Positions 1-11,414 are shown, counted from the first letter of the stretch. The stretch is DNA of 64,000 nucleotides from Thermodesulfobacteriota bacterium (GCA_963422265.1 OY729416.1:1120001-1184000), one strand, 5' to 3'. Notes: a model not told the origin generated them from the letters alone. A program made the numbers and translations.

Positions 1-666
1 ATCAGCAGCGAATTCTTTAGCGGAAACAAGGCTAAACCCAGCTTCCTTAACCAAATTTTCGTAATAAGAGCGAGGGAGAAATTTTGCAGCTTCCGTCCTG
101 GCATTTGTTTTTTCTCTCTTTACCCCCCTATCTCTCAAATACTGAACCGCGTTCTTAACTTGCGTGCGGTAAAAGGGGAGGGTATCGGGGGGCCTTGCCT
201 CTTCGTAAAACGCAGTATTAAAGAAAAGGAATCCACCGGGCTTAAGGGCTTTTTTAATTCTCTTTACGCAGTCGAGTTGATCGTCTTCAGGAAGGTAGTG
301 TATGCCATTTCCCCAAACGGCTATGTCCACGCTCTGGTCCGGGATCATCATATTCTCTATTGAAGAATGAACGAGCTTTAATCTGTCCACAGTCTTTTCT
401 AGTTTTTGCTGCGCCAATTTTAAAGCCCCTGAAGACTGATCGAGGCACAGCACAGCAACTTTTTTCCAACTCCCCGGAAAATTATCAAAAACGAGTTGAA
501 CCATAGTACCCGCACCCGTGGCAACGTCTAACATTCTTTCAAGGCTGCTAATCCCTTTTTTCTTCATTATTGCAGTCCAACTCAGTATGCACTCTCCGTT
601 TACTTGCTTATATTCCTCAGTTTCCGCAAACGGCTCATAATTATAATTCTCTTTTGTCGCCTTCAT
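1..666 (-). CDS. Class I SAM-dependent methyltransferase, runs off the left edge (absent from the ORF track)
   Basis: Manual translation from ATG at 666 (GGGAGG upstream): MKATKENYNYEPF...MLDVATGAG...CLDQS...VDIAVWGNGIHY...LKPGG; open to position 1. Confidence 0.8.
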   Translation of the reverse strand, partial: MKATKENYNYEPFAETEEYKQVNGECILSWTAIMKKKGISSLERMLDVATGAGTMVQLVFDNFPGSWKKVAVLCLDQSSGALKLAQQKLEKTVDRLKLVHSSIENMMIPDQSVDIAVWGNGIHYLPEDDQLDCVKRIKKALKPGGFLFFNTAFYEEARPPDTLPFYRTQVKNAVQYLRDRGVKREKTNARTEAAKFLPRSYYENLVKEAGFSLVSAKEFAAD

Positions 667-798
667 ACATATAACCTCCCGAGATTATCAGCTAAACTAT
701 CGATTCTATTATAGAATTGGTTCCCGAGCAAATAAACCTCAATTTATAATATAACACAAGATAATGAGAAAAACAAACGTCAATATCTTAACCAATTA

Positions 799-1440
799 TC
801 AAACGCCCCTTTTAATTCCCCAAATAATCTTGTGAAGTTGGGGTAAAACCCTTACCCTTCCTAATCCTTCGTCAATCACCTTTTCCACTATCCAGCTAAT
901 TTCTAACCCGTGTGCAGGCTGAAAGATCACATTAGCTTTTATATCATAACCGCTCAATACACTCAGAGCATACTTATAATCAATATCATCCTGCAATACG
1001 AATTTGAGCTGATCCGTTGCGCGCAGTTTCTCAAAAAGATCAAAGTTCATTCTGTCCTGCATATTAGAGCTAGGACACTTACAATCCATACTTATCACGC
1101 TTTGTTCCCGCCAAAAAACGGGGGGAGGTATCCTATGCCCGCTAGTTTCAAGTAATACTCTATAACCCAACTCTATTAAATCACCGGCTAATATCTCTAC
1201 CTCCTTTAGTTGAATAAGGGGCTCTCCACCGGTAATACAAACCCTCTCACAGTTAAACTTTCCTATCTCTTTTTTGACAGTATCAACGGCAAGATTCTTA
1301 AAATCCACGCCTTCGACCGCATACATAGTGTCACACCACGAACACCTTAGGTCACAGGCGAACAGACGAACGAAAACTGTCGGCAACCCTATATCCACTC
1401 CCTCACCCTGTAGGGAGAAAAAAATCTCGCTTATCTTCAT
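799..1440 (-). CDS. queE: 7-carboxy-7-deazaguanine synthase (radical SAM)
   Basis: EIFFSLQGEG, CDLRCSWCDT cluster motif, ITGGEP, PQLHK; adjacent to queC. Confidence 0.93.
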   Translation of the reverse strand: MKISEIFFSLQGEGVDIGLPTVFVRLFACDLRCSWCDTMYAVEGVDFKNLAVDTVKKEIGKFNCERVCITGGEPLIQLKEVEILAGDLIELGYRVLLETSGHRIPPPVFWREQSVISMDCKCPSSNMQDRMNFDLFEKLRATDQLKFVLQDDIDYKYALSVLSGYDIKANVIFQPAHGLEISWIVEKVIDEGLGRVRVLPQLHKIIWGIKRGV

Positions 1441-2114
1441 CTTTCGTACTCGGTAAGGTCAGGGTATCCTGACTGCTGAAAAGCCCTTTTTCTCTCTCTG
1501 CAGGAACTGCAAATACCACAGTGAACCCCCGCGCCTCTGTAGCACGTCCACGTTGCCTCAAGTGGCACGCCGAGCTCAATGCCGAGTTTGACTATCTCTG
1601 ACTTATCAATATCAACAAAAGGAGCATCAATAACAAGACTAGGATTGTCCGTCGCAAGCCTCTCAGAATACTCAAATGCCCGAACAAACTCTTTTCTACA
1701 GTCCGGATAAACGCCTCTGTCCGAAAAATGAGCGCCGAAAAACACGCTATTGGCGCCTATGCTCACAGCATAGCCTACCGCTAATGATAACAGTATAGCA
1801 TTTCGGTTTGGGACGATAGTAGCTTTAAGTGTCTCATAATGCTGGGTCGTCTCAGGAACGCTTGGTATATCCACCGCTGAATCCGTGAGCGCCGACCCTT
1901 GCAGCAGTTCTCTAATAACGGACACATCTACTACTTTATGGAGAACGCCTAGCCCATCGCATACATTGCGGGCAGCCTGAACTTCTTTTTTATGCTTCTG
2001 TCCGTAGAGGAACGTAAGCGCCCTCGTGTCAAAACCCTTTTTATAGATTTTATATAGTAGAGCTGAACTATCAATCCCACCAGAAAATACGACTACGGCT
2101 CTCTTAGCGCCCAT
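1437..2114 (-). CDS. queC: 7-cyano-7-deazaguanine synthase
   Basis: SGGIDS, VPNRN, YPDCR, TWTCY...HCGICSSC. Confidence 0.95.
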   Translation of the reverse strand: MGAKRAVVVFSGGIDSSALLYKIYKKGFDTRALTFLYGQKHKKEVQAARNVCDGLGVLHKVVDVSVIRELLQGSALTDSAVDIPSVPETTQHYETLKATIVPNRNAILLSLAVGYAVSIGANSVFFGAHFSDRGVYPDCRKEFVRAFEYSERLATDNPSLVIDAPFVDIDKSEIVKLGIELGVPLEATWTCYRGAGVHCGICSSCRERKRAFQQSGYPDLTEYER

Positions 2115-2158
2115 TTACAAAATTATACTGAACTACGCGGAAATAGAGCGAAATCTAT

Positions 2159-4357
2159 CTAAAGTTTTGTTAAATAGGCTTTTGAAGGCTCACCGCTCTT
2201 TGAAACAACGTCGTCGTAGAAATCAGTCAGCTTGTTTTCCAGTCCATCCACGTGTCCCATCACTTCCTGTATTCGCTTATCCAGATCCTCGGCTTCAAGA
2301 TCAATGTCCTTACATCTTCTCCAGCTTATAATGTGACCCTTTATATGATCAAAAGCCTCGTAGATAGATTTCATATCATCCCCTATTTGCGAGACGCTTA
2401 CGGCTATCTCCCTTTTGTCCCTTTCCCTTCTTACGTAGCCAAGCCAGAAAAGGGCAAATGCGAATGCTAATATCATTAAAGCCTGAGGTGCAGCCGTCTC
2501 AAAAGTTGGATATATGCCCAATGCTTCTAATCTTGGAAGGAAGCCAGCCGATGTTTCGCTGACGACTCCAGCCTCCTGAAGCTCCCTTATCCCTTTTCCC
2601 AAAAGGGTGAAGGAAAGGAGATACAAAAAGATGCTCGTAAATGAGAAAAAGTATCTGATCGGAATACGAAGAGCCATCTTAAACACTACTATAAACAGAA
2701 CAACTAGAAGCGCTAACCCCGCAATAAATCCCCAGACTACGGCTGACTTTGAGTTTTCAGACTGAAACCAAAGCGCTTGATAGAAAAGCACTGTCTCAAA
2801 GGCTTCTCTATAAACTGCAAAAAAGGAAACGCTTGCCAAAGCCAACAGGTTCTTTTTGGTTAAAGCCCTTTTTACCTTTCCCTCAATGTATTCCTTCCAC
2901 TTCCTGACTTCTATTTTAGTAATCAGCCAGTAGCTTACGTAAAACAAAACGCAGGCGGCAGTCAGGGCGGTCAAGCCCTCAATAACCTCCCTTTGAGCCC
3001 CGCTGATGGAAATAATAGTTCTTGCCAAAACCCAAGTAAGCAAGCCTACGACTATAGCCAATATCCAGCCAAAGTGTATGTACCTGACGTAGGCTCTAGC
3101 ACCCGTTGCGTTAAGAAAAGCGATGATCGCAGCGATTACCAATATTGCTTCCAGCCCTTCCCTCAATATAATGGCGAAGGAATTTAAGAAAGACATATAG
3201 GCGTCAACGGGTTGCTCACCCGCTAAAACATCCGAAGCGCTTTCAAGATCCTTCCCAATGTCGTCCCTTAGCGCAGTTACTTCTTCAATTGGTATTTCCG
3301 ATTTTATAGCTTCTCTCAGTTGGGAAAGCTTAGATTCTATTTGGCTGGCAAGACCCTTGTCCCTAACAAATAGATCAGATTCTACCTGCTCGAACCCCAG
3401 AAGGTAGGCATCAAGAGCTTTCTCATGAGCTTCCCGCGAGCTGCCACTTCTGTAAAGCTTAAGGGAATCATCAAGCAATTGATTGGCCATAACAAGTGGT
3501 GAATCTAGAGATTGATAATCACCGCTGCGCAAATAGGCAAAAACGTATTCCCGTTCTCTCTTGTCACCAATATGCTCGCCTATCCTATCTTTAACTTCAT
3601 CGTTAGTGAGCGTTGCGAGAATCTTATAATCCTTTACCTCTTCAGGAAGATCTGAGGCAAGATTACCTCCCTTATTGTTACCGTCTTCATCAGCCGCAAG
3701 AGACGAGAGGTAAAAGGCAACATCCCACTTGTCGATATCCGAGAGCGCCGGAAAAGATGGCATGGCGGTTCCTTTAAGCCCAAAAGTCATAGCGTTATGC
3801 GCCTTAAACGGCGAAAGCCCAGCGTAGAAATCCGGATCCAGGAAGTTTGTTGGACGAGGACTTAACCCCATCGCCAAAAGACCGTCTCCTGCACCTTTTA
3901 CCCCATGACACTGAGAACAATAGCTAGAATACAATTCCTTTCCCGCAGCGCGCGAGGGAGGCTTCTCGGGATATGGATTTATGCCATAAGAAACAACGAT
4001 TTTTTCCTTTATGCTTTTTGATAAACGCTTGACCTCCTTTACCGAAGATCTATCGGTTATCAGAGCGGAAAGCCGTATAATATCTGATCCTATATCCGCC
4101 TTATCCTCCCTTGAACCTAACAACCGTCCAAAGAGATGCTCAGCCTCGCTAGAGAACTCTAGCATTTCATTATATTCGTTATGATTAATGACTGCGCCGT
4201 TCTCCACCGCATTCTGATAATCACTGCCTATATAATCAATTAGAGACAGTATCCTCTTGGGATCAGAAGAAGAAAAAGCGGGCATCTCCGCCATAAACAA
4301 GAAAAGACAACCGTATATCAATACAGACAGCACCCTAATTTTTAGACCTACTATCAT
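2159..4357 (-). CDS. Cytochrome c / FTR1-family iron permease fusion
   Basis: N-terminal signal-like segment, CSQCH heme motif, REGLE and REAFE motifs, multiple TM helices. Confidence 0.88.
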   Translation of the reverse strand: MIVGLKIRVLSVLIYGCLFLFMAEMPAFSSSDPKRILSLIDYIGSDYQNAVENGAVINHNEYNEMLEFSSEAEHLFGRLLGSREDKADIGSDIIRLSALITDRSSVKEVKRLSKSIKEKIVVSYGINPYPEKPPSRAAGKELYSSYCSQCHGVKGAGDGLLAMGLSPRPTNFLDPDFYAGLSPFKAHNAMTFGLKGTAMPSFPALSDIDKWDVAFYLSSLAADEDGNNKGGNLASDLPEEVKDYKILATLTNDEVKDRIGEHIGDKREREYVFAYLRSGDYQSLDSPLVMANQLLDDSLKLYRSGSSREAHEKALDAYLLGFEQVESDLFVRDKGLASQIESKLSQLREAIKSEIPIEEVTALRDDIGKDLESASDVLAGEQPVDAYMSFLNSFAIILREGLEAILVIAAIIAFLNATGARAYVRYIHFGWILAIVVGLLTWVLARTIISISGAQREVIEGLTALTAACVLFYVSYWLITKIEVRKWKEYIEGKVKRALTKKNLLALASVSFFAVYREAFETVLFYQALWFQSENSKSAVVWGFIAGLALLVVLFIVVFKMALRIPIRYFFSFTSIFLYLLSFTLLGKGIRELQEAGVVSETSAGFLPRLEALGIYPTFETAAPQALMILAFAFALFWLGYVRRERDKREIAVSVSQIGDDMKSIYEAFDHIKGHIISWRRCKDIDLEAEDLDKRIQEVMGHVDGLENKLTDFYDDVVSKSGEPSKAYLTKL

Positions 4358-4423
4358 TGATTTTTGAAGAATTCTTCCGCTATAAGTTAGTATTAAGTTT
4401 ATTTATCAGACAATATCAAGAAG

Positions 4424-4440
4424 TTGAGATTGAATATCAA
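4424..4440. promoter_or_regulatory. Putative Fur-type box upstream of the FTR1 gene
   Basis: TTGAGATTGAATATCAA; minus-strand core TGATATT-C-AATCTCA matches 11/14 of TGATAAT-N-ATTATCA; ~70 bp upstream of an iron permease. Confidence 0.5.
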
Positions 4441-4538
4441 TTTAACTGAATCCTCAGGCTACCACAAACGTGTTAGCTGTCAAGAATTGAATTTGCAAGA
4501 AAAGAAGTTTTACTTATCATTATTCAGGCATAGTTAGC

Positions 4539-6620
4539 ATGCTGGAGACATGGAAAATGAACGGCGTAGATAAAAAACGCAAAGACAGGGATGAGAATGG
4601 ACAAAAACTCTTCGGAGAATTTCCTGAAACAACTAAAGAAGAGTGGAAAGAGCAAATCTTAAAAGATTTGCGTGGACAGGATTTTGAAAAGCTAAACTGG
4701 AAACCTTACGAAGGTTTTACTGTTAACCCTTTCTATACTGCACAGGATGTAGAACATTTCGACTATTTAGCAAATAGCACCGCTTCCAAAAATCCTTTTA
4801 TTAAAAATACTGAAACCAAGGATAATGACTGGAAAGTGAGCGTGGCTATTTCCAAAGGCGATATAAAGCTAGCTAATGAAGCTGCGAAGAAAAGCCTTAG
4901 AGCCGGGGCGGACTCTCTGACGTTTATATGTGAAATAAACGGCAACGTAATTTCCGGCGTTCCAATCCAGAATAAAAACGAATTTGCGGAGCTACTAGCA
5001 GACATACCCATAGGCAAAATACCAATACACTTTAGGTGCGGCAGCACCTGCTCAATGGGAATTTTATCGCTTTTTATCAATGAGGCTAAAGAGAGGAGTA
5101 TAGATGCTAACAATCTAACTGGTTCATTAGATACGGATCCTCTGAGAACTCTGGAGTTAAATGGGTCCTTCGACTCAAGCGAATCAGACGTTTTTAGTGA
5201 ATTAGCATCCCTTATGCTTTATCTTAGCGATAATATGCCCAAATTTAAAGGACTCAAAATACATGGAAATCAGTTTCACGAGTCGGGCGCTTCTATAACT
5301 CAGGAGCTTGCCTTCGCCATGTCTTCAGGAGCCGAGTATTTAGACAAACTTACTTCTAGGGGCTTAACTGTAGATCAAATATCAAAGCATACGAGCCTTT
5401 CCTTCTCAATAGGTTCAAACTACTTTATGGAGATAGCCAAACTGCGGGCGGCTAGATTGCTCTGGCGTAATATTATAGGGGCTTTCAAACCTAAGGATGA
5501 GGCTTCAAAAGAAACGTCCATTGAGACTGAAACCTGTCTTTGGAACAAAACGTCCTATGATCCCCACGTCAATCTGCTTAGAGGCACAGTTGAAGCAATG
5601 GCCGCATCAATAGGGGGAAGCGATTTCATAACAGTATTACCCCTGGATTCGACTTTCAAACCTCCCGATGATTTCTCATCAAGGATAGCGATAAATACAC
5701 ATCTTATATTAAAAAACGAGGCTTACCTAGATAGGGTTATAGATGCCTCGTCAGGCTCGTATTACATTGAGACCTTGACATATTTATTAGCTTGTAAGTC
5801 GTGGAGCCTATTTCAGGAAATAGAAAAGCTTGGGGGCATGATGGAAGCGCTCAGATTAGGGTTTATTCAGAATGAGATAGAAAAAGTTAGACTAGACAGG
5901 GAGGCTAACGTTGCGACAAGGAAAGAAACTTTGCTGGGAGCGAATCAATATCCGAACCTTAAAGAGAAATTAAACGGAAGTATTGGATCCCCGCAAAAAA
6001 GCGAGCGCCTTAAGAAATCAGGGAAAAAGATCACCCCTAGCAATAGAAATTCTATGGAATTCCTCCTGAATTTCCTATACAAAGATAGCTCCCATATAGG
6101 CGATATAGCACCGAGAAGTCAAAAGAAAAGAGGGGTTAAGTTGAAAACCCTGCAACCTTACAGAGGAGCTGAGGAATTTGAGGATATGCGTCTTGCTAGC
6201 GAGATACACGCAGAGGAATCTGGAAAAAGCCCCGCCGTATTCCTTTTACCGATTGGAAGCTTGGCTATACGTACCGCGCGTGCATCCTTTTCAGCTAATT
6301 TCTTTGGATGCGCAGGGTTTAACGTCATAGAAAACGCCGGCTTTGATTCTCCTGATCAAGGCGTTGATGCAGCGCTTGAAAGCGGCTCAAAAATTGTTGT
6401 TATCTGTGGATCGGACGAAGATTACCGGCAGGTCGCCCCCGCAATTTCTAAAAAGTTGAAGGCGAAGAATCCCCAAGCTCGCGTGGTAATCGCCGGCAAT
6501 CCAAGGGATCATATTAGAGAGCTCACCGAATCGGGAATAAATGACTTTATTCATATACGCTCAAATGCACTGCAACAACTTAGAGACTATCAAAAGCACT
6601 GTGGAATTCAAGGTAGATAG
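4539..6620 (+). CDS. mutA: Methylmalonyl-CoA mutase small (non-catalytic) subunit
   Basis: YFMEIAKLRAARLLW, DPHVNLLRGT, RASFSANFF; lacks DxHxxG; precedes the large subunit. Confidence 0.88.
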   Translation: MLETWKMNGVDKKRKDRDENGQKLFGEFPETTKEEWKEQILKDLRGQDFEKLNWKPYEGFTVNPFYTAQDVEHFDYLANSTASKNPFIKNTETKDNDWKVSVAISKGDIKLANEAAKKSLRAGADSLTFICEINGNVISGVPIQNKNEFAELLADIPIGKIPIHFRCGSTCSMGILSLFINEAKERSIDANNLTGSLDTDPLRTLELNGSFDSSESDVFSELASLMLYLSDNMPKFKGLKIHGNQFHESGASITQELAFAMSSGAEYLDKLTSRGLTVDQISKHTSLSFSIGSNYFMEIAKLRAARLLWRNIIGAFKPKDEASKETSIETETCLWNKTSYDPHVNLLRGTVEAMAASIGGSDFITVLPLDSTFKPPDDFSSRIAINTHLILKNEAYLDRVIDASSGSYYIETLTYLLACKSWSLFQEIEKLGGMMEALRLGFIQNEIEKVRLDREANVATRKETLLGANQYPNLKEKLNGSIGSPQKSERLKKSGKKITPSNRNSMEFLLNFLYKDSSHIGDIAPRSQKKRGVKLKTLQPYRGAEEFEDMRLASEIHAEESGKSPAVFLLPIGSLAIRTARASFSANFFGCAGFNVIENAGFDSPDQGVDAALESGSKIVVICGSDEDYRQVAPAISKKLKAKNPQARVVIAGNPRDHIRELTESGINDFIHIRSNALQQLRDYQKHCGIQGR

Positions 6621-6632
6621 AGGCAAAACAAG

Positions 6633-8786
6633 TTGAAACCAGACTTTACAAAAATAGACCTAAGCTATCGGGGAAATACCAGATCACCTATGAATAGGAT
6701 CAAGCCAGAGGCTGAATGGGCGACCCCAGAGGGAATTCTGGTAAGCCGTATCTATACTAAAGACGATCTCACAGGAGTTGAGCATCTACGCTTTTGCGCT
6801 GGCTTACCACCCTATCTGCGGGGTCCTTATCCAAGTATGTACTTAACCCGCCCCTGGACGATAAGACAATACGCCGGGTTCTCTACGGCGGAAGAATCTA
6901 ATGCGTTCTATAGGAGAAATCTAGCTGCAGGGCAGAAGGGATTGTCGGTCGCCTTTGACCTTCCGACGCATAGAGGATACGACTCTGACCACGAGCGCGT
7001 GGTGGGAGACGTAGGAAAGGCTGGCGTCGCTATTGATTCCGTCCTGGATATGAAGATCCTCTTTGATAGAATCCCACTTGATGAAATATCGGTATCTATG
7101 ACAATGAACGGAGCAGTGCTGCCCATAATGGCGTTTTACATAGTAGCTGCTGAGGAGCAAGGGGTAAGCCCTGAGAAGTTAAACGGGACTATTCAGAATG
7201 ACATTCTAAAGGAGTTTATGGTTAGAAACACCTATATCTATCCACCCAAGGCGTCCATGCGCATAATCGCCGACATATTTAAGTACACCGCCGACCATAT
7301 GCCCAAGTTCAACAATATCAGCGTGAGTGGATACCATATGGAGGAAGCGGGAGCTTCTTCCGACATTGAACTCGCTTACACGCTCGCCGACGGGCTCGAG
7401 TATCTTCGTACGGGCATAGGAACCGGGATGAATATAGATGATTTCGCTCCCCGCATATCATTCTTCTGGGGCATAGGAATGAACCACTTTATGGAAATCG
7501 CTAAGATGAGAGCGGCGAGGATGCTCTGGGCGAAGATCGTAAAGCAATTTGAGCCTAAAAATCCCAAATCAATGGCGCTTAGAACGCATTGCCAAACCTC
7601 TGGCTGGAGCCTGACCGAACAGGATCCTTTTAATAACGCAATCAGGACGTGCATCGAAGCATTGGCGGCTGCCCTAGGAGGCACTCAGTCACTTCATACG
7701 AATGCCCTTGACGAGGCGATAGCGCTTCCCACGGACTTTTCAGCTAGAATTGCGCGAAACACGCAGATTTACCTTCAGAAAGAGACTAATGTCTGCCACT
7801 CAGTTGACCCTTGGGCAGGATCCTACTACGTTGAGTACTTGACGGATAGACTCGCCCGCCGGGCATGGGAGCTTATAGAAGAGGTTGAAGAACTAGGGGG
7901 AATGGCAAAAGCAATCGAAACTGGGCTACCAAAAATGAGGATAGAAGAAGCGGCGGCGCGGAAACAAGCTCGCATAGACTCCGGACAAGATACGATAGTA
8001 GGAGTAAACAAGTATAGGGTGGAAGAAGATGACGATGAGATCGAAACTTTAGAGGTCGATAACGCAGCAGTAAGGACGGCGCAGATAGAACAACTTGAGG
8101 AATTAAAAAAAATGAGAGACAACAAAGCTGTAAAAAACGCACTTGAAGCCATCACAAGGAGCGCCGAAAGCGGTAAGGGCAACCTCCTTGAGCTCGCAGT
8201 GGAAGCCGCGAGAAAACGCTCTACACTCGGCGAAATATCTTATGCTTGCGAAAAAGCATACGGTAGATATAAGGCGGTCATTCGCTCAGTAAAAGGGGTT
8301 TATTCATCTGAAATTTCAAAAGACGAGAGCTTTGTTAAAACGAGAGAGTTAGCCAATGAGTTTGCTGAAATTGAGGGAAGAAGACCTAGGTTAATGGTTG
8401 TAAAGATGGGACAGGACGGACATGATAGAGGTGCAAAGGTGATAGCCACTAGTTTCGCCGATCTTGGATTCGACGTGGACGTCGGAGCCCTGTTTCAAAC
8501 GCCTTTAGAGGCAGCGAGGCAGGCAATGGAAAACGACGTCCATATAATCGGGATTTCAAGCCTTGCCGCAGGGCACAAAACCCTTGTACCTGAATTAATA
8601 AAAGAGCTTAAAAATATGGATTCGGACGACGTTATTATAGTAGTAGGCGGAGTGATTCCAAAGCAGGATTATGATTTTCTATATGATGCGGGGGTAGCCG
8701 CTATATTTGGACCTGGAACGGTAATATCGCAGGCGGCTCAGCATATACTAACAATAATGTTAAATAAAGCCAAACGAGGATCGTGA
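6633..8786 (+). CDS. scpA: Methylmalonyl-CoA mutase large subunit
   Basis: [26 protein letters not shown]12-binding motif; TTG start. Confidence 0.96.
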   Translation: MKPDFTKIDLSYRGNTRSPMNRIKPEAEWATPEGILVSRIYTKDDLTGVEHLRFCAGLPPYLRGPYPSMYLTRPWTIRQYAGFSTAEESNAFYRRNLAAGQKGLSVAFDLPTHRGYDSDHERVVGDVGKAGVAIDSVLDMKILFDRIPLDEISVSMTMNGAVLPIMAFYIVAAEEQGVSPEKLNGTIQNDILKEFMVRNTYIYPPKASMRIIADIFKYTADHMPKFNNISVSGYHMEEAGASSDIELAYTLADGLEYLRTGIGTGMNIDDFAPRISFFWGIGMNHFMEIAKMRAARMLWAKIVKQFEPKNPKSMALRTHCQTSGWSLTEQDPFNNAIRTCIEALAAALGGTQSLHTNALDEAIALPTDFSARIARNTQIYLQKETNVCHSVDPWAGSYYVEYLTDRLARRAWELIEEVEELGGMAKAIETGLPKMRIEEAAARKQARIDSGQDTIVGVNKYRVEEDDDEIETLEVDNAAVRTAQIEQLEELKKMRDNKAVKNALEAITRSAESGKGNLLELAVEAARKRSTLGEISYACEKAYGRYKAVIRSVKGVYSSEISKDESFVKTRELANEFAEIEGRRPRLMVVKMGQDGHDRGAKVIATSFADLGFDVDVGALFQTPLEAARQAMENDVHIIGISSLAAGHKTLVPELIKELKNMDSDDVIIVVGGVIPKQDYDFLYDAGVAAIFGPGTVISQAAQHILTIMLNKAKRGS

Positions 8787-8848
8787 ACCAAGCGACCCTA
8801 CTATCACTCACTTTAATAATTACAAAATGAAGTTTAGGGAATGATGGT

Positions 8849-9304
8849 ATGGAAAAAGCTGCAAAATTTGAGATGGATTTTATGAGTATAGATGACCTGG
8901 ATGACATAATTACTATTGAAAACGCAAGCTTTCCCTCCCCCTGGTCAAAGAGGATATTTGAAAAAGAGATTAAAGCCTCTAACTCATATAAAAGGGTAGT
9001 CAGAATGAGCGGTATGGTCGTAGGATATATAGTTACGTGGATTATACGCGATGAAATTCACATACTGAACGTCGCCGTGCACCCAGACTTTAGAAACATA
9101 GGGATTGGAGAAAAACTCATAAGAGACTGCATCAATTACTCTTCCGAAGAAAACCTAAGATACGCTATATTAGAGGTCAGAATCTCCAACATGGCAGCAA
9201 AGAGACTTTACGAAAAGATAGGTTTCAAGGGTATGCAGTTAAGAAAAAAATACTACTCCGACACGGGTGAAGACGCCATAGTCATGGCGTATGAAATACT
9301 TTAG
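8849..9304 (+). CDS. rimI: Ribosomal protein S18 alanine N-acetyltransferase
   Basis: FPSPWS, HILNVAVHP, LEVRISN, RKKYY...EDA. Confidence 0.88.
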   Translation: MEKAAKFEMDFMSIDDLDDIITIENASFPSPWSKRIFEKEIKASNSYKRVVRMSGMVVGYIVTWIIRDEIHILNVAVHPDFRNIGIGEKLIRDCINYSSEENLRYAILEVRISNMAAKRLYEKIGFKGMQLRKKYYSDTGEDAIVMAYEIL

Positions 9305-9311
9305 AAATCGG

Positions 9312-10295
9312 CTAGTTTTTCCTCTCTACAATGTAATCCGCCAGTAGTCTTAGCGAATTTCTATAAGGACTATCAGGTAGTAGGATAAGAGAGCTTTTCG
9401 CTTTATAGGCAAGGTCGCTCGCAATGCACTTTGTTCTTTCAACCCCTTTATACTTATCTACAATCTCACGAACAAAAGCCCCCTCGTCCTTATCAAGACC
9501 CTCATTTTTTACGAGTATGTTATCTATCCTGGATCTCTCAGTGGCGGATGCCTTCTCTATAGAGTAATAAAGCGGGAGGGTCATCTTATTCTCAATTAGG
9601 TCTTGACCTATATTCTTTCCGGATTCCTCTTCGGTAGAGCAATAATCAAAGACATCATCAATAAGCTGAAAAGCAACACCCGCATTAAACGCGTACTGCT
9701 CAATGGATTTTTTTACATTGTCCTCGGCTCCTGCAAGAATAGCCCCTATTCTCCCACAACTTTCTATAAGAGAAGCTGTTTTATGCTCTATTATCTTAAA
9801 ACAAACTTGCTCAGAGACGTCAATCATGCTCCTTGCACTCATTACCTCAAGCACCTGACCCTCAGCTAGCTTAGCGGAAGCGTCCGTAACGGCTTTAATG
9901 AGCTCCAGGTTGCCACACGACTGTATTAAACCAAGTGCTTTGGTCAACATGAAATCTCCAACCAGAACAGTAGGCTTATTTCCCCAAACCACGTTAGAAG
10001 CTGTCTCTCCTCGCCTTAAGTTAGCACCATCTACGACGTCATCGTGAAGCAGCGTGGCAGTATGAATAAGTTCAACTCCCGCCGCTGAGCATATTCCCTC
10101 CCTTCCGTTTAATCCACCGCACGATCCACTTGCAAGTAATAAAACCGAGGGACGAAGCCGCTTGCCGCCGTTTCCGAGCAAGTACCTAGAAATTTCATAA
10201 ACCAAAGGAACAGAAGACTGAATGCTGCTTTCAAGCTGTTTCTCAACCTCTTCAAGGTCAGAAGCGACAACTGAAAGAATATTGGAGAAACTCAT
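9312..10295 (-). CDS. Polyprenyl (octaprenyl-type) diphosphate synthase
   Basis: GGKRLRP, LLHDDVVD, FQLIDD motifs. Confidence 0.92.
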   Translation of the reverse strand: MSFSNILSVVASDLEEVEKQLESSIQSSVPLVYEISRYLLGNGGKRLRPSVLLLASGSCGGLNGREGICSAAGVELIHTATLLHDDVVDGANLRRGETASNVVWGNKPTVLVGDFMLTKALGLIQSCGNLELIKAVTDASAKLAEGQVLEVMSARSMIDVSEQVCFKIIEHKTASLIESCGRIGAILAGAEDNVKKSIEQYAFNAGVAFQLIDDVFDYCSTEEESGKNIGQDLIENKMTLPLYYSIEKASATERSRIDNILVKNEGLDKDEGAFVREIVDKYKGVERTKCIASDLAYKAKSSLILLPDSPYRNSLRLLADYIVERKN

Positions 10296-10304
10296 TGGAT
10301 CTTT

Positions 10305-10333
10305 AAGCTATCTGAATGCTTTAAGTTAGTCAA
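10305..10333 (-). promoter_or_regulatory. Sigma70-like promoter of the polyprenyl synthase gene
   Basis: TTGACT-17 bp-TAGCTT, 9 nt before ATG. Confidence 0.55.
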
Positions 10334-10829
10334 AGTAGTAGGGGAAATGAGAGTTATATCTTGCAATGTATCCGCAGATTAGCACAGACATGTCCCCAAC
10401 CCGGATTGGGGATAGACGCAAATAGCAGAACAGGTCAATCTAACTAATCTTTTGACTACGCTATATGAGGATTCTCGTATTTCTTGTAATTTACTATTGA
10501 ACTATAGAGCTGCATAGATATGGAATTGTCGTCTCGTAAAACCCCCTGGACGTTCATAAGAACGAGAATGTTGTAGATATACCGTTGAGTATTTTTTGTT
10601 GGTTTAGTTGCCCTTTATTAAGCTATACCTCCCAAGCGAACTCAACCACAAACTGGGAGACCTTTCTGATAGATGCTCCTTTGTGATTCCCTAGGGATCG
10701 CCCCCACAAATCAAACGAGGCGAAGTCCACAAGACTTGCCCTAACTTACTGTTGTTAGTTATCATAAAATACTCATAAGTATTGAGTTTCCGTTGCATCA
10801 ATTATTTTGTAAGGAGGGAAGCCCGTAGA

Positions 10830-11414
10830 ATGAACTGGTTAGATATTGTAATAATCGCAATTGCTATTATTTTCACCATCATCGGGCTAAGCGGAGGGTT
10901 TGTTAAGCAAATACTCTCGGCAGCTGCACTGATAGGTGGGATATTTACCGGACTAATATTTTACGATATCGCAGGAGGCATATTTATTAGCAATGGGCTG
11001 GTTGAGAATAAGCCAATAGCAAACACCGGTGGGTTTTTTATTTTAACGTTCATAGGGTATGGGATAATACAAATTTTTGCGTGGGCAATATCAAAACTCA
11101 TTGCCACTCTCAAGCTCAGCAGAACAAATAGGATGTGTGGAGCTATACTGGGCTTTATCATCGGAATCACCATAGTCTTCCTAATGACCTCTTTCCTTAG
11201 CCTATTTATATCCGATAAGAATCTACCCTTAAGAGAATCTAAACTCGTTCCACGTATAAACGCCACCTTTGAAGCCGTAACGTATTCTCTTCCAAAGGGA
11301 CTTGAAGCAGACCTTAAAAAGTCAAGAGAGCACATAAGAGAAAAGGGACTAGAAGCCGCAATAAAAATAAGGGATTCAAGATTGGAGGTAGATAGAAGTA
11401 AACCTGACACGTAG
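10830..11414 (+). CDS. CvpA (colicin V production) family membrane protein
   Basis: MNWLDIVI...GFVKQ...[12 protein letters not shown] at 10830 after AAGGAGG. Confidence 0.8.
   Translation: MNWLDIVIIAIAIIFTIIGLSGGFVKQILSAAALIGGIFTGLIFYDIAGGIFISNGLVENKPIANTGGFFILTFIGYGIIQIFAWAISKLIATLKLSRTNRMCGAILGFIIGITIVFLMTSFLSLFISDKNLPLRESKLVPRINATFEAVTYSLPKGLEADLKKSREHIREKGLEAAIKIRDSRLEVDRSKPDT

Noticed and set aside
799..2114. queC/queE as part of a Dpd or QatABCD defence system (a TatD is also in the window)
   Set aside because: No dpdA/tgt-like or ATPase genes nearby; TatD is 60 kb away in the housekeeping nrdR-tatD-pdxA run; ordinary queuosine genes fit best
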